In this document: piece by piece, positions 25,045 to 38,110 of the stretch | Numbering within the stretch: the stretch's first letter is position 1 | Layout of the letters: each line of letters begins with the position of its first letter | Assembly: GCA_028534125.1 (NCBI GenBank) | Contig: CM052816.1 | Location: 54,934,001 to 54,998,000, forward strand | DNA: 64,000 bases | DNA from: Lama glama | Lineage: Eukaryota | Reading direction: 5' to 3' | Translations under genes and position numbers: made by a program | Notes under the pieces: model-generated | Database searches by the model: none | Told to the model about the DNA's origin: nothing | What the model saw: only the letters and a program-made list of their open reading frames with translations

Positions 25045-25092
25045 GCCGCCATTTTCTTCACCAGCCATCTTACCAACTGTTTCCTCCATCTT
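25045..25092 (-). promoter_or_regulatory. Cluster of three YY1-like motifs with an adjacent ATG and splice donor
   Basis: Plus strand GCCGCCATTTT, cagCCATCTT and ctCCATCTT. Minus strand reads GAAG-ATG-GAGGAAACAGTTG|GTAAGA. Confidence 0.3.
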
Positions 25093-27391
25093 CAGCTGCT
25101 TAGGAAATGCACATTCACAGAGAAGAGGGCCACTATCTGGCCTTCCATATGCATTTTTTTTTAAAACAAGCATTTACCAATGGAAGCATCTTTGCCTATT
25201 TTTAAAATATAATAATGTTTTCCAGCACTGGGAATAAAATTTCAAGGTAAGACAGCAACTCTTCTTGGGAAAGCAACCAGACAAAAGTGACTACATAATT
25301 TTCTTCTCTACAGAGAGCACCACAACTTGCAAAGGAGGTCTATTCGCAAATGTTCTAAGATCTAAAACACAAATGTCAAACACTCACTTAACATCTTCTG
25401 CGATTATTTTCTGCTCTACTTTAAAGCACTAAGAATGCTTTGGACAACTTTCCATCTCTGCCTACTAGCACCTTTAATATCGTTAATGTTTCTACCATCC
25501 TAGAGAATTAAGAAATAACTTTGAATTTAACTATAATCCAATCTAGACCTGAAATTTGATGAAAGACATCAAGTTTGATGGGAGAAAAGAATATCTTAAG
25601 TCTTTTTTAAAAAATAAGTTATGATTTTTGTATGTCAAATACAAAACCTAAAAAATATGGACATTTATCTTTCCTCTAAACAATAAAACATACGTTAAGA
25701 CAACCTAATATTTTAGTAACTTTTTTGATAGTCAAATTGCATTATTGATTAATACTGAGTTTACAGTCAACTAAAATCTTAAGCCCATCTCCTACATCTG
25801 ACTATTAAACTGTACCTTCTTTAGAAAAGATCACCCCCTTGTTCCTCAGTGAGAACATTTACATCTCTAAATCCATTTCTGTTCTGATTTTCCTGCTGAT
25901 ATCTCTCTTGACCTTTATTTTTAAAGAAACAAAGGAAAACAACACAAAACAAGACTCTGATTTTTCTCAAAGCACAGCACATTCACTATTGGAGCCCTGC
26001 CATTTACCATGCGGACATCTCTCAAGTTGAAATGCAACTTGGTGAGATGTGCTTTGCTTAAACAATTTTGAAAGCAATTAAGAATCAAATCTGGTTCTAC
26101 AGGTGCATAATTCTCTATCTTCTTCTCACTTCTGCCCTCAAGCTGTCTTCTTTCAAGTCAACTATTGTTCTTCAAGCTGAACTCTTAAATGTTGGAGGTG
26201 AAAACCGAGCTACTAAGTGTTTCTAGCTCACCCCGCCTTTGACTTGGGATAAAGAAAAAGACCTGGGAGATAAATACAAATCATTTTTACTCAGTTGAAA
26301 GTCTTTTACTGGACTTATGCCGCAAAAGTTTAAAAAAAATTAATTGTAGAAGAATCACTTGGCAAATAGTCACAAGATTCCCCAATCCTGAAAGAATGTG
26401 AACAGTTATCAAAGCCACAGTAACATTTAAATATTTGCAATCTTCTACTAGGAAAAATAGCAAAGGCACTCATGTATTATGCAACAAGGATTTCTTTTGG
26501 AAACGCATGTAGATAGATTTTTGATTGGTTCAAAATGTACTGACAAAAAATTGTGAATGCCAATCTAAATTCTTAATTCAAGACACAGTAAGGCAGCCAA
26601 TAAGTGGCAACAGACCCCAAATAAATGTGTCAGTAATCTAATACCAATATATTACAACACTTGTATCAGAAACACCTCAGCTGCTGTCCTTGTGTATCAC
26701 ACGGCCTGACACTGGTCATGGGTTTCTCTTTCATGTCACCTAACAGCAGGGTCTGGATACAGAGACTGGGAACGCATTCTTCTAGGACCTGCCATATTCA
26801 AAGCACTCCAGTGACTCACCAACAGCGGTGGAGGAAAAACACAAGTCTTTACCATCAAATAATGTAGTCCAGCTGCGTGGGGGGGGGGCAAGTACAACAT
26901 AGTGTTTAACACAAGATCATTTGAACAAATGTCAACAAAAAGTTATCAACAATGTGCTGATAGAGATCACTTTTGATTTCAAGAGACAATTGCTTCTAAC
27001 AAGATTTCACAGAGTACAGACCACCTGATACAGATGTTAGAGAAACTGAGGTAGGAGAGGGGAACAGACAACAGTTTGAGGCCGGGGAAGTGACACCATC
27101 AGGGTGACATTTCAGGCAGATTCATCTGATGGCGTCATGGAGGACAGGCTGAGAGTAGGTAGACCAAATGTAAGCAGCCAGCATTCTGGCACCGAGACAA
27201 AGACAGAGAAAGCATCTATGGAAAAGTTCATCAACAGAGCTAGCAGAAGGTCAGGTGCAAGGTGAAGGGTAGTGGAATTTTAAATATGACTGACATTTTA
27301 GAACTTGGGTCAGTAATTTAAAAAATGAAGAAAATCCTGAAATTGGAGAGGAAGGCTTGAGGATTAGCTTTTGGGGAAAAAAAAAAAAAAG

Positions 27392-27775
27392 ACTTTTTTG
27401 GAGCAGTTTCAGGTTTAGAGAAAAATTAAGGTAACAGTACAGAGATATCCGACCCCACCTCCTAGTTTCCCCTATATTACCATTTGCATGAGAGGGGCAC
27501 ACATAATACACTTGATGAGCCAATCCTGAGACATTATTACTAACTAAAGTCCATAGTTTACACTAGGGTTCACTCTTGGTGTTGTACATTTCATGGTTTT
27601 GACAAATGTCTAATGACATATATCCTCTATTAACAGTATCATACAGAATAGTTTCACTGCCCTAACAATCCTCTCTCCCTCCTCAGAGGCCCTGGCAACA
27701 TTGATCATTCTACTGTCTCCATAGTTTTGCCTTTTCCAGAATGTCATGTAGTTGGAATACATAGCCTTTTCAGGC
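27392..27775 (-). mobile_element. L1MA/MB-like 3' UTR fragment
   Basis: 'cattattactaactaaagtccatagtttacactagggttcactcttggtgttgtacatt', 'tttgccttttccagaatgtcat'. Confidence 0.85.
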
Positions 27776-28004
27776 TTAGCTTTTTGCCAACTGGCCCAAG
27801 AGCTTCCACTAACTCATCCACCATGCAGATAATACTTCTGTGGCTCACTTGAAAGATGGCAAGTTAGTGACCTTCAGTATCACAAATGCATTTCATAAGG
27901 AATTCTTAGACTTCCCACATTACCCAGACCCACCAATTTAAATGCTTTAATATGCTAGATTTTACCTCTGCCCCAGACCATTATCCTCATTACAAGTGAT
28001 GCTT

Positions 28005-28215
28005 TGATGACAGACAGACCTGGGCAGCAGAGCTTTCTCTGTCTGCTCTGACCTTGAGCAAGCTAATCTCTGGCAACTCAGGGGCTTTTTGAAATGTACT
28101 TTGGGAACAATACCATGTTCCTCAAAGGAGTGCTATAAGGACTAAGATAATACACCTAAAATATTTAACACAGTGCCTGGTACAGAGGATGCACCCAATG
28201 AACAGTAACTATTAA
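28005..28215. mobile_element. MIR SINE
   Basis: 'cagacagacctgggc...tgaccttgagcaag...taacacagtgcctggtacagag'. Confidence 0.7.
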
Positions 28216-28617
28216 TTATTTCATGATCTCTGTAACTTTTCTACCAATGAAGGAGCATTGAAACTAGCTAAGGTGATGAGAGTTCAAAGGTCACATTTTA
28301 TAACTCATATACATAGTAAATAGCTATTCGAGGCAAAACCTTGCAATCATTAGGAAAAACATTTTTTAATGAAAATTATGATATATAGACTCTTTGTGAG
28401 TCTAAAAATCTGTGAATAACCACAACTTCAGTTCAGGCTCCAACATCTGAGAAGTACCCCAGTCTCACTATAGTTCTAATTAGCTTTTTTCCCTGCCTAA
28501 TTCAACAGATGGTATCACACACCTTCAAGTTTGGTTTCCTTCGAGACTGACACCAAGAAGCCCCAGTTACGTCTTAAAGGTCACCAATAAAGCAAGCAAT
28601 TAAAAAATTTCAATTTC

Positions 28618-28894
28618 GTTCATCAACAGATGACTGGATAAGGAAGATGTGGTATATTTACACGATGAAATACTATTCAGCCATAACCACCGACAACATA
28701 ACGCCATTTGCAGCAACATGGATGCTCCTGGAGAATGTCGTTCTAAGTGAAGTAAGCCAGAAAGAGAAAGAAAAATACCATATGAGATCGCTCATATGTG
28801 GAGTCTTAAAAAAAAAAAAGCATAAATACAAAACAGAAACAGACTGACATAGAATACAAACTTGTGGTTGCCAAGCGGGTGGGGGGTGGGAAGG
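28618..28894 (+). mobile_element. Young L1 3' fragment running into a gap
   Basis: ORF 28647-28847 (MWYIYTMKYYSA...PFAATWMLLENVVLSEVSQKEKEKYHM) is an L1 ORF2 C-terminus/3' region. Confidence 0.9.
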
Positions 28895-28994
28895 NNNNNN
28901 NNNNNNNNNNNNNNNNNNNNNNNNNNNNNNNNNNNNNNNNNNNNNNNNNNNNNNNNNNNNNNNNNNNNNNNNNNNNNNNNNNNNNNNNNNNNNN
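28895..28994. other. Assembly gap (100 N)
   Basis: Run of N. Confidence 1.
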
Positions 28995-30504
28995 AAGTGA
29001 GCTTCTACAGCAAAAAGATTAGCATGTGTCCACTTGACAGGAGGAGAGGTCGGGAAGCCCCAGGGTTGCCTAGTGGTTTTTAAGTTTTGCCTCTGACGAT
29101 ACAAAAGCCTTATACAAAGTGTGACTTCCATACTTGGAGCCTGCCTTACACTCTCTGGGTGGTGAATATCCCAGCAACTATCTTGGGATATAATTCAAGA
29201 CTGTCTGCTTTAATAGCAAATTTTATCTTTTGGCGAAGGGTCAAGTTCCACTAAAATTTCTGTCTTCAAATAGTTTGTCTTTCCAACTCTGACAGACAAT
29301 GGAAATGAGAATAGAAGAACGCAACTCCAACGTACCCTAGAGATTCTCTGAAATGTAGTATGCTCTTGCCCTAAGCATTTCTATAAAAGAACCATGTGCC
29401 AAACATCTCTCTACGTTTATTTAAGGCAGACACTGTACTGCAGTTACCAATACTACATCGGAAAAAAAAAATCTTTTTTAAATCAACGATTTCATTTAAC
29501 ATTCAGTCAGGTAAAGATGTTTAATTTATCATTTAAATCGATTCAGTGTAAAAAAAGGAGCTCTCTAAATACCTTTTCTCATAATTTTAAGACATGAAAA
29601 ATTGTTAGCAGCCCTTAGTGGGGAAAAAGTTAACTCTTTATTCTGCACTGAGTGTCTGCCATGGGCAAAGCATGGTGGATACAGTTCTCATGTACTGCAG
29701 TATGAGATACCCCATCTCTGCCCTCAGCACCCCGAAGTTTAGGCTGAAAGACAGTCAAGTAAGGACAAGGAATTTCAACACCAGGTGACAAGTACTATAA
29801 TAGAGGTAGTCTATAAGGTGCAATTGTGTCTTATTTTTCTCACTCAACATATAATCATAAACACTTTCTGGGGTTATTATACAGTCTTTCTAACCATCCT
29901 TTGTAATGTCTGCCTGGCTAGATTAAATACAGGCAACATTTGTGTCATTTCTAATTCTTCACTAGAATGAGTGATGCTATGACAGGCACGTGGCATTCAC
30001 TGAGTCTGAGATTGCTTCCTATAAGAGTGTAAAGAGAGTTTAAAGAGAAACATCAAGGCATTTTACATATGTGTGCATGTATCATATATTTTTAAAATAT
30101 ACACACACACGACTATTTACCAAAGGACTTCCCCATAACTGCAGGGGGATCAGGATACTTAAAGCAGAGGTGCAGGTGGGGGCTTTATACTTGTTGTGCT
30201 TTGTTTTGTTAAATTAACAGGTACAAAAGGAATCTTACCGGTTTGATGTCATTTTGTAGAACTGAGCATGTTGGAAGCCAATTAATCTTCTGTGAACTGG
30301 CCTGTCCTTTGCCCACTTAACAGTAAGCTCTTGGGTTTTTTCATATAAATTTGTATGCATCCCCGTTAATCTTTACTCAGTTCCAGGACGTGGTCTTTAG
30401 CTGTTGGAGGGGCTGTGAAGTCCATCCTTGTATCAGCACACCATGCAGTCTTCCCTTTCTTCAACTCTTGCCCTGCTTCCAGCCTAGTACAAACTGGTGC
30501 TAAG

Positions 30505-31927
30505 TTTAGGCAATTATGAGTAAAGCTCTGTAAATATCTGTGTGCAGGTTTTTGTGTAGACGTAAGTTGTTAACGCCTTTCGGTAAATACCAAGGAGAAG
30601 AATGGCTGGACCGTATGGTAAAAATACGTTTAGTTTTGTTAAAACCTGCCAAACTGTCTTCCAAAGTGGCTGTACACTTTTGACTTCCCAGAAGCAATTG
30701 AATGAGAGCTCCTGTTGCTCCGCATCCTTGCCAGCATTTGGTATTGTCAGTGCTCTCGATGTTGGCCATTCTAATAGGTACTTAGTGTTATCTCCTTGTT
30801 TTAATTTACAATTCCCTGATGACAACATGATATGGAATATTGATTCATATGTTTATTTACTATCTATGTATCTTCTTTGATGAGGTATCTGTTAAGGTCT
30901 TTGGCCTGTTTTTTACAGGGTTATTTTCTTATGTTGGGTTTTAAGAGGTTTGGTTATATTTTGGATGGCTGCTTCTATCAGATCGGTATTTTGCGAACAT
31001 TCTCTCCTGGTCTATGGCTTGTTTCCTCACTCTTTCGCCATTGTCTTTTGCAAAGTAGAAACTTCTAGTGTTAATGAAGTCCAGCTTATTATTTTTTTCA
31101 TGGATCATGACTTTGGTGTTGTATCTAAAATGTTACCACACAAACCCCAGGTCATCTAGATTTTCTCCCGTTAACTTCCAGGAGTTTTATAATTTTACAT
31201 GTTACATGTGAGTGTGATGCACTGGAGTTAACTTCTGTGAAGAGTGTAAGGTCTGTGTTTAGATTCATTTTTTTGCACGTGGATGTCTAATTGTTTCAGC
31301 ACCATTTGTTAAAAAGATCACCTTTGCTCCGTTGCATTGCATCTCTGCCATCAGAGATCAGTTGGGGTGGTCAGCATCTGGGCTCTCTGTTCTAGCTCCG
31401 CTGCTCTGTCTGTCTGCTCCTTCACCAGTGCCCCGCTGTCTTGATTACTGTAGCTTTACAGTAGGTGTGAAGTTGGGTAGTGTCAGTCTTTCAACTTTGT
31501 TCTTCTTCAAGATTGTGTTATGGCTAATTCGAGGTCTTTTGCTTCTCTGTATACACTTTAGAATACGGCAAGCAATAGCCACAAAACAACTTTCTGGGAT
31601 TTTGATGGGGACTGCGTTGGTAAAGCTGAGAAGAACTGACATCTTGACAGTATTGAGTGTTCCTGTCCATGAACATGAAATACTTCTCCTTTTATTTAGT
31701 TCTTTTATTTAGCTCATCAGAGTTTTGTGGTTTTCCTCATACAGATCTTGGACTTACTGTTAGATTTATACCTAAGTACTACATTTGGGGGGGGTGCTAA
31801 TGTAAATGGTACTGTATTTTTAATTTCAAATTCCAGTTGTTCATTGCTGGTGTATAGGGAAAGCAATTGACTTTCGTATATTAACCTCGTATGCCACAGT
31901 TTTGCTATAATCATTTATCAGTTCCAA
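30505..31927 (-). mobile_element. L1MB-like ORF2 fragment
   Basis: Minus-strand ORFs 30514-30828 (VQPLWKTVWQVLTKLN), 31445-31642 (NAVPIKIP...ILKKNKVERLTLPNF) and 31717-31914 are L1 ORF2 remnants. Confidence 0.92.
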
Positions 31928-33189
31928 AATACTATCTACATTTTTGTATAAAACAAAGAAAATTTGAAGAGACAATAACTTTTTTAAAAAGATGTTTCAA
32001 TACTTTCTTTTCACTTCCTATTCTGGAGAACGCTGTTTTTGTCTATTGTAGCGTCCAGCAGTCTTAGCTATTGGGTAAAATTCAAATAGGACAAACAGAC
32101 TGTGCTTGATGGTCAATATTTTTTCCATTAACTTCATGCTTGAGATAAATACACGCCACTACCTTCTGGGAAAAGACAGCAGCAATTATAAATCACTGAC
32201 TAAGTGCTAAATGTTTTCCCATGTTGGGAACAAGGAATCTACCGGCAGTGAACTAGATGTACTCAGATAACGGGTGAGCACAAGAGTGAAAAAGTGATTG
32301 AGAAAGAGTTAATAAACTAGTCCTTCCTCCTGCTCAACCACTAGGTCTCTTAGTTTACTTTCCCAGGGGCAAGAATGGATGAAGAGCTGAGGGGGGTCCA
32401 GGCACGTGAAAACCTGCAGTGCTTTCATGGATCACAGAATACTTTGGACACTTCCTGACTTCACACTAGTCACCTGCCCATTCCTGCTCTGGTGCTTGTA
32501 GTATGAACAGACTGCAAGGCACTGAATGTGTCTATTCTTAAACTTCAAAGGCTAGTGCAGTGCCTGGTGCGTGTAAGGTGCTCACTTTATGCTTAACTAA
32601 ATAATAAGGATCTGCACATGTGTACAGCCAAGACCTCATTACACAACTAATGACAGGTCCTGTTCAAAGTGCAGGGGCTGCTGAGCAGGAGGGGCAAGGG
32701 AGAGGAAATGTTCACGAGAGAGAGGCATGAAGTTGGGTTCCACCCAGCACGTTGCTTGAAACATGACAGGTGGTCCAGTTCTTGGGTGAATCAAAAGGGT
32801 CTGAAAAGCTAAAAACTCAAACGACAGGAAAGAACTTGAAAGCAGGTTGATTAAAAGCTACAAGCCCAGAGATGGGGGTAAACCTGTGTGGCTCTGGAGG
32901 ACAGATCATCCCAGGAAACAGTGGAAGGTGGACTTGGAATGTCACTCAGAGGTTTGGCAGCAGAATATGTTGATCCAATTCTCCAGTTCCCCAAGCTTAT
33001 TACTTAAAAGGAATTTTGTAAAAAAGAAACGACCCTGAAGAAATCAGCACCTATAAAATGCAAATCTCTTCAAATCCTTTTTGAATTTCCCTGAGGAGAA
33101 AAAGCCCTGCTCCTTTCTCCTTTTACCATCACAAATTTATTACTAATAAAATCTAACAGCGGCAGCTACCATTTCCTCCTCAGGAGAGT

Positions 33190-33360
33190 CAGTGGTGGGA
33201 GCACAAAGAGCTTGCACTTGGGGGACTCGCCAGCCATGGGGTGACTCCCCACTGTGCCTGGCTTCCAGAGTGGCCTTGGCAAGCTCCTTAAGCTATTTGA
33301 GCACTGTTTTGAAGATCAAATGAGATGACGTATGTAAATTACTTGGCCCAGTGCCTGGCC
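33190..33360. mobile_element. MIR SINE
   Basis: 'tggccttggcaag...ttttgaagatcaaatgagatgacgtatgtaaa...cagtgcctggc'. Confidence 0.65.
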
Positions 33361-34200
33361 TTCATTCATTCACTCAACAAGTAACTGACAAGTGCTTACC
33401 TTGCGCAGGGCCCTGCTCTGGGCACTGCACATGTGCTGTGAGCAAGGACACAGTCATTCTTATGGGAGCAAATCTCTCCCAAGGGAGCCATACAGACCCT
33501 AAGAACTTACACTATGGAGACGGACCTCATCTGAGCGTCAAAGGAAGGTTCCTCTAAGGACATGGCCCTTATGTGAAATCAGAAGCATGCTAGGCAGCAG
33601 CCAGGAAGAGGGCACTTTAGCAACTGAGGCCTTGTGCGAGGGCTCTCAGGTGGGAAGGGTCCACCTAAGGGACAGATAGAGGACCAGTACGGCTGGGGCG
33701 GGGCACTGCTGGAGATGAGTCAGGGAGACAAGGATCAGATCACGATGGGCCTTTAGAGCCACATGAAGGATAGAGATTTAAAAGTCACAACTGACAGAAC
33801 ATGAGCACTACTAAACAGAGTGTGAGGGAGAGATGGTGGTGGGGACGCCCAGGCTGCAAAGTGGAGTGGATGATGGTGCTTTTCACGTGAAGATGACACA
33901 GAGGAGACCAAATCTGTGATTCTGTGGTTGAGCAAAAGGTTTTAGTTGGCAGGGGCTGTTACAAAGTCATGAGTTTAGATATGAACATTCCAAGTTTGAA
34001 TTAGTGCAGAGAGGTGCAGAATGCTGACTGTTCAGTGACAGATCTGGGGCTGCGAAGTGGCCTGGGCTGGAGACAGACATTCAGGATTCATCAGGAACAT
34101 CTATCTAAACCACAAAGAAAAAGCACAGACTGAGGAGAGAAACAAGCCGAGCACTGAGACTTGAGAACTTCAACATGTAAACGCTGATTACACAGTAGCA
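33361..34200. mobile_element. L2 LINE fragment
   Basis: L2 3' terminus 'ttcattcattcactcaacaagta...gtgcttacc...ggccctgctctgggcactg' followed by degenerate L2 body. Confidence 0.7.
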
Positions 34201-34251
34201 CACAAAGGTGGGGAGAGTGGCAGTAGAATAGTGGTAATAACAAGAATTAGG

Positions 34252-34415
34252 GTATAACATAGGGAACCATATTCAACATCTTGTAATAACCTTTAATGAA
34301 AAAGAATATGGAAACGTATGTATGTATATGTGTGACTGGGACATTATGCTGTGCACCAGAAACTGACACATTGTGACTGACTATACTTCAATTAAAATAA
34401 AAAAACCCAAGCCAA
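34252..34415 (+). mobile_element. Short L1 3' end with TSD
   Basis: L1 3' UTR ('tatgctgtgcaccagaaactgacacattgtgactgactatacttcaatt') plus A-tail. Exact TSD aacaagaattagg at 34239-34251 and 34416-34428. Confidence 0.9.
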
Positions 34416-34953
34416 AACAAGAATTAGGAAGGCAAAAAAGACCATACAAGGGGATAACTCAAGCAGTGCAGAGGCATAGTAACTAGCTCCCGAATCCTGG
34501 CTCACTTCAAAGGTGCTCACCGGAGCCTGCCCCCACCCCTCACCCAAGACAAGACTAGTCAACGGGAAGACAGTGGCAGAAGGCTGAGGAAAGGCAAGGG
34601 AGGGAAGGACAGGGTAGGGGGAACACACCCACAGCCTGACGCCCGAACATTATCCTGATGTTGTTTTGGAGAGCATGCTGCTCTGTCAGCACATGACCTC
34701 CAGAAGTCTGTGCCAGCTCGATCGTTCAGGGATTCAGCAGTGTTAGGAGGCCATTTGGAAAGAACCCGGCAATGAGATCACATCTTTGGGACGAAAGAGT
34801 CTAGGCAGACGTCTCCAAAAAGCACCCAACAGGAGAACGCCTGCCCCACGAAGTAATACCAGTCTAGCTGCAAAGAAAAGCCACCTTGGAGACCTCCTTG
34901 TTTACTAAGACTCCACGCCAACATAGGAAGGCAGGGCATCAGAAGTCAATCTG

Positions 34954-35337
34954 TACCACAATCAAGTGAATTTATAAAATTAAAACAATGATGCAAATGA
35001 ACTTATTTACACAACAGAAAGAGACTCACAGACATAGAAAATAAATTTAAGGTTACCAAAAAGGAAAGCGCAGGGAGGGATAAATTAGGAGTTTGGGATT
35101 AACAGATATACACTACCATACAAAAAATAGATCAAAAACAAGGTCCTACTGTATAGCACAGGGAACTACATTCAATATCTTGTAATAACCTATAATGAAA
35201 AAGAATATATATATATATACACACATAACTGAATCACTATTCTGTACACCAGAAACTAACATTGTAAATCAACTATAATTTTTTAAAGATTAAAAATTTT
35301 TTAAATAAGAAAATAAATATTTGATAATAAAAGAAGT
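34954..35337 (+). mobile_element. L1 3' end
   Basis: 'aaatgaacttatttacacaacagaaagagactcacagacatag...gggataaattaggagtttgggattaacagata' plus A-rich tail. Possible TSD aagtca(a/g)tctg. Confidence 0.9.
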
Positions 35338-35944
35338 AAAAGTCAGTCTGAACGTCACATTAGGTTTATCATATTTGAGTGACCTCTCATAAGAAAGTGT
35401 TCTGAGATTCTCCAACTTGTAATAATAAATTATCTTTTATTAAACACATTAAACTATTTGTATGTTGCATTATTCCCACAATCAAAGTTTTGAAAATCCT
35501 ATTTTATTTCAAGCACGATTAACTGAACTGAAAATGATGACAGCATCACTTAGGCTGGACACCTGCAGTGCAAGAACTCAAACATATATCCAAGTGGTGC
35601 TCACCTTCCTCCACTCCTTCTATCGTCCCCAGCACGTGGTGGTGGCCGTTGGCATTTAACAGCCATTTGAAAAAACCCTAATAGTGTTTTGCTATTCGCC
35701 AGTCCCAGCAGTGAATTTCCATACCTCAAAAAGATACTGCAGAGAACCCGAAGGTGATGTTTATCTAAATGACCACTTTGTTGAGCTGAACCACAGCTGC
35801 CTCACTAAATGTAATGAGAGCTACACTGCAACACATAAGAACTAAGAATTATTTACAGGAAAAATGCTTTTGTACCTATACACACAGCCTTTTATTTACG
35901 CCCTACTTCTATATACATCTTCGAGTTCAGTGGATATAACCAAG

Positions 35945-36180
35945 GATGCCATGGCAACCGTACCTGCAGAATATACTGAGCTACTGCATCTCTGCAAACT
36001 GAGGCTCTGCTCTCTCTACACACAAGCAGCACGGCTTGCGACTTTCGAGTCAGCTTTGAGCTTGACATTGTCGCTGCCCCAGCAACCATAGCAACCATTT
36101 CATTCTTCAGGAGACTCGACAGGGCAAAGTCTCCATGGGGAAAGCAAAGGAGGAGAGCAGCTCCCTCCCAGGTGGCGCCA
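35945..36180. promoter_or_regulatory. RFX X-box cluster plus CTCF motif
   Basis: GATGCCATGGCAAC (35945-35958), GCTGCCCCAGCAAC (36073-36086), overlapping GCAACCATAGCAAC (36082-36095), and CTCF-like tccctcccAGGTGGCGCCa (36162-36180). Confidence 0.55.
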
Positions 36181-36197
36181 TCATTACAGATGCACAC
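35964..36197 (-). other. Candidate 234-nt exon, open in phase 0
   Basis: Strong acceptor ttttgtgctctgttttctccAG|G and donor CAG|GTacgg. 78 stop-free codons (part of ORF 35892-36215). Protein not recognised. Confidence 0.3.
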
Positions 36198-36524
36198 CTG
36201 GAGAAAACAGAGCACAAAAGCTCAGACTTCACTCCGTTGCAGCTGGGGGTGGCCAGGGGGAGAGGGGTGAGAGCCAGACAACACAACACAATAGACACCA
36301 AAGAAAAGCAGACTCTTTACATGTACTACTGTTCAAACTGTCAACAAACTCTCCTCTTTTTCCCACATTTCTTATTGAAGTTTGCCTTGGTTTGGATTTT
36401 TTCTGGCCCCAGCACCATCTAAGAACTACCACCTAGTCATCTGTGCTATTGTCGCTTAGAATTAAGCAGAAATACTGCATGTAATGGCCAATTCCTTAAA
36501 TGTGTATTGCACTTCCAATATGTA

Positions 36525-36760
36525 GCCCACAAGGCAGCCTGGCAGGGGTAGGAATGGCAATAAACTTGGAAACAGATCTGGGCCCCAATTTCAGTTCTGT
36601 TGATTAGATTGCCTTGGGATCTACTTAAACATGCTGAAACTCAGTTTCCCCCATCAGTAACATGAGGCACTACTGCAGCTCAGAGGGTGTTGTAAAATGA
36701 AATAAGATGAATATTTAAGGGGGTGCTGGGCATATATGAGGTTACCAGTAGCAATTATCA
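36525..36760. mobile_element. MIR SINE
   Basis: 'aacagatctgggc...gccttggg...actcagtttcccccatcagtaa...gttgtaaaatgaaataaga'. Confidence 0.7.
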
Positions 36761-37486
36761 TCCAGTAACGCTAGTCCATGATCTGTGATTACTTGAAGCT
36801 CTGAAGAAAGCAGCCTTAAACGATAAAATGGGGAAAATGCTTATGAAAAAGTAAGAACAAGAACACAATATGGAAGTCCATAAATAGAACTTACTTGATT
36901 TTAGAAAATGAGATAAATGAGCAGTCAAGCTCAGAGGGGTTCATAGCCACTGGCAATGCTCTAGCTCCTCAACCGGGTGATGGGCACCCATATATTTAGT
37001 ATCCCTTAAGCTGTGCATATATGTTCTATGTATTCTTGTGGGCAAGATATGTTTAACACACAAAAATATCTAGTTAAAAAAAAGAGAGGAGGCAAAGACA
37101 TCAAAATGTCATTATTTCTATCAGGTTGTAAACAAAATGTATTTTCTTTTGTATGCATTTCTCCATTTTCTAAGCTAGTTCTATAATAAGAACAAAATGT
37201 TTTGTATGACAGTGCGACGCTGACAAGTCCTTAGCTAGACACACAGTCCAGCTGCGGGAAGAAGGCACTGTACTTCCCCAGGTGCTGCCTCCACTGGCGA
37301 GCAAAGGCAGCCACTCTAACCAGTGTCTGCAGTCACCTTCACTTAATTAGGAGCTGTCCACACTTAGGAAGTGGGGGCAGGCAACGGAAGACAGTAAAAC
37401 AAGTGCTTCTAGGTTAAAAAAAGAGAGAGAGAGGAAATGAACATTTGAGTTGTTACTGTGAGCTTTGGTCTCAGTATGCTCAGGTG

Positions 37487-37640
37487 AACAACAAGGGTAT
37501 ACTGTACAGCTTGGGGAACGATAGCCATTATTTTTTAATGACTTCAAATGGAGTATAATCTATAAAAATATTAAATCCCTGTGCTGTACACTCAAAACTA
37601 ATCTATGATTATAAATTAACTATACTTCAGTTTTAAAAAA
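37487..37640 (+). mobile_element. L1 3' end fragment
   Basis: 'aacaacaagggtatactgtacagc...tgctgtacactcaaaactaat...attaactatacttcagttttaaaaaa'. Confidence 0.8.
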
Positions 37641-37924
37641 GCCACCTTCCTCTTCTTCTGCTATCCTCTGCTCATCCTCCTGCCTTCAGAGTTTCTCATC
37701 CCATACTGCAGCAACTCTCCTCGTTGGGGGTGACCCCAGAGATCAGGCATCTTCCAGTGTAACATCAGGATGCACCAGCATTCTCTCTTCCACTGATTCT
37801 GGATTTCAGGTCTAGACTTTCAGACACCCAGATCCAGTGGGCTTGAAGGAGATACACCAGGCGAGCACAACAAACATCAAAGTTGTGAGAGTAAGAGGCG
37901 TGTCAGGTCCAACATAAATTACAT

Positions 37925-38110
37925 CAATAGTTGCCACTGAATGCTTACCAGATTTAGGGACTACGCATAAGTTGTCATTTAACCCTAACAAACCTATGAG
38001 AAGGTGGCCTCCTGCCTTCCTGAGAAAACTGAGGCTTTGAAGTTCAGTAAAAGCCCAAGGTCACAAAGCCAGAATGTGGAAGAGCCGGGATTCAAACTGA
38101 CTCCCTGCTC
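37925..38110. mobile_element. MIR SINE
   Basis: 'tgagaaaactgaggct...gcccaaggtcacaaagccag...gagccgggattcaaac'. Confidence 0.8.

Noticed and set aside
27091..27137. Imperfect ~16-bp hairpin TGACACCATCAGGGTGA...TCATCTGATGGCGTCA
   Set aside because: It lies within degenerate L2-like sequence, the stem is too short for a pre-miRNA, and it is probably chance.
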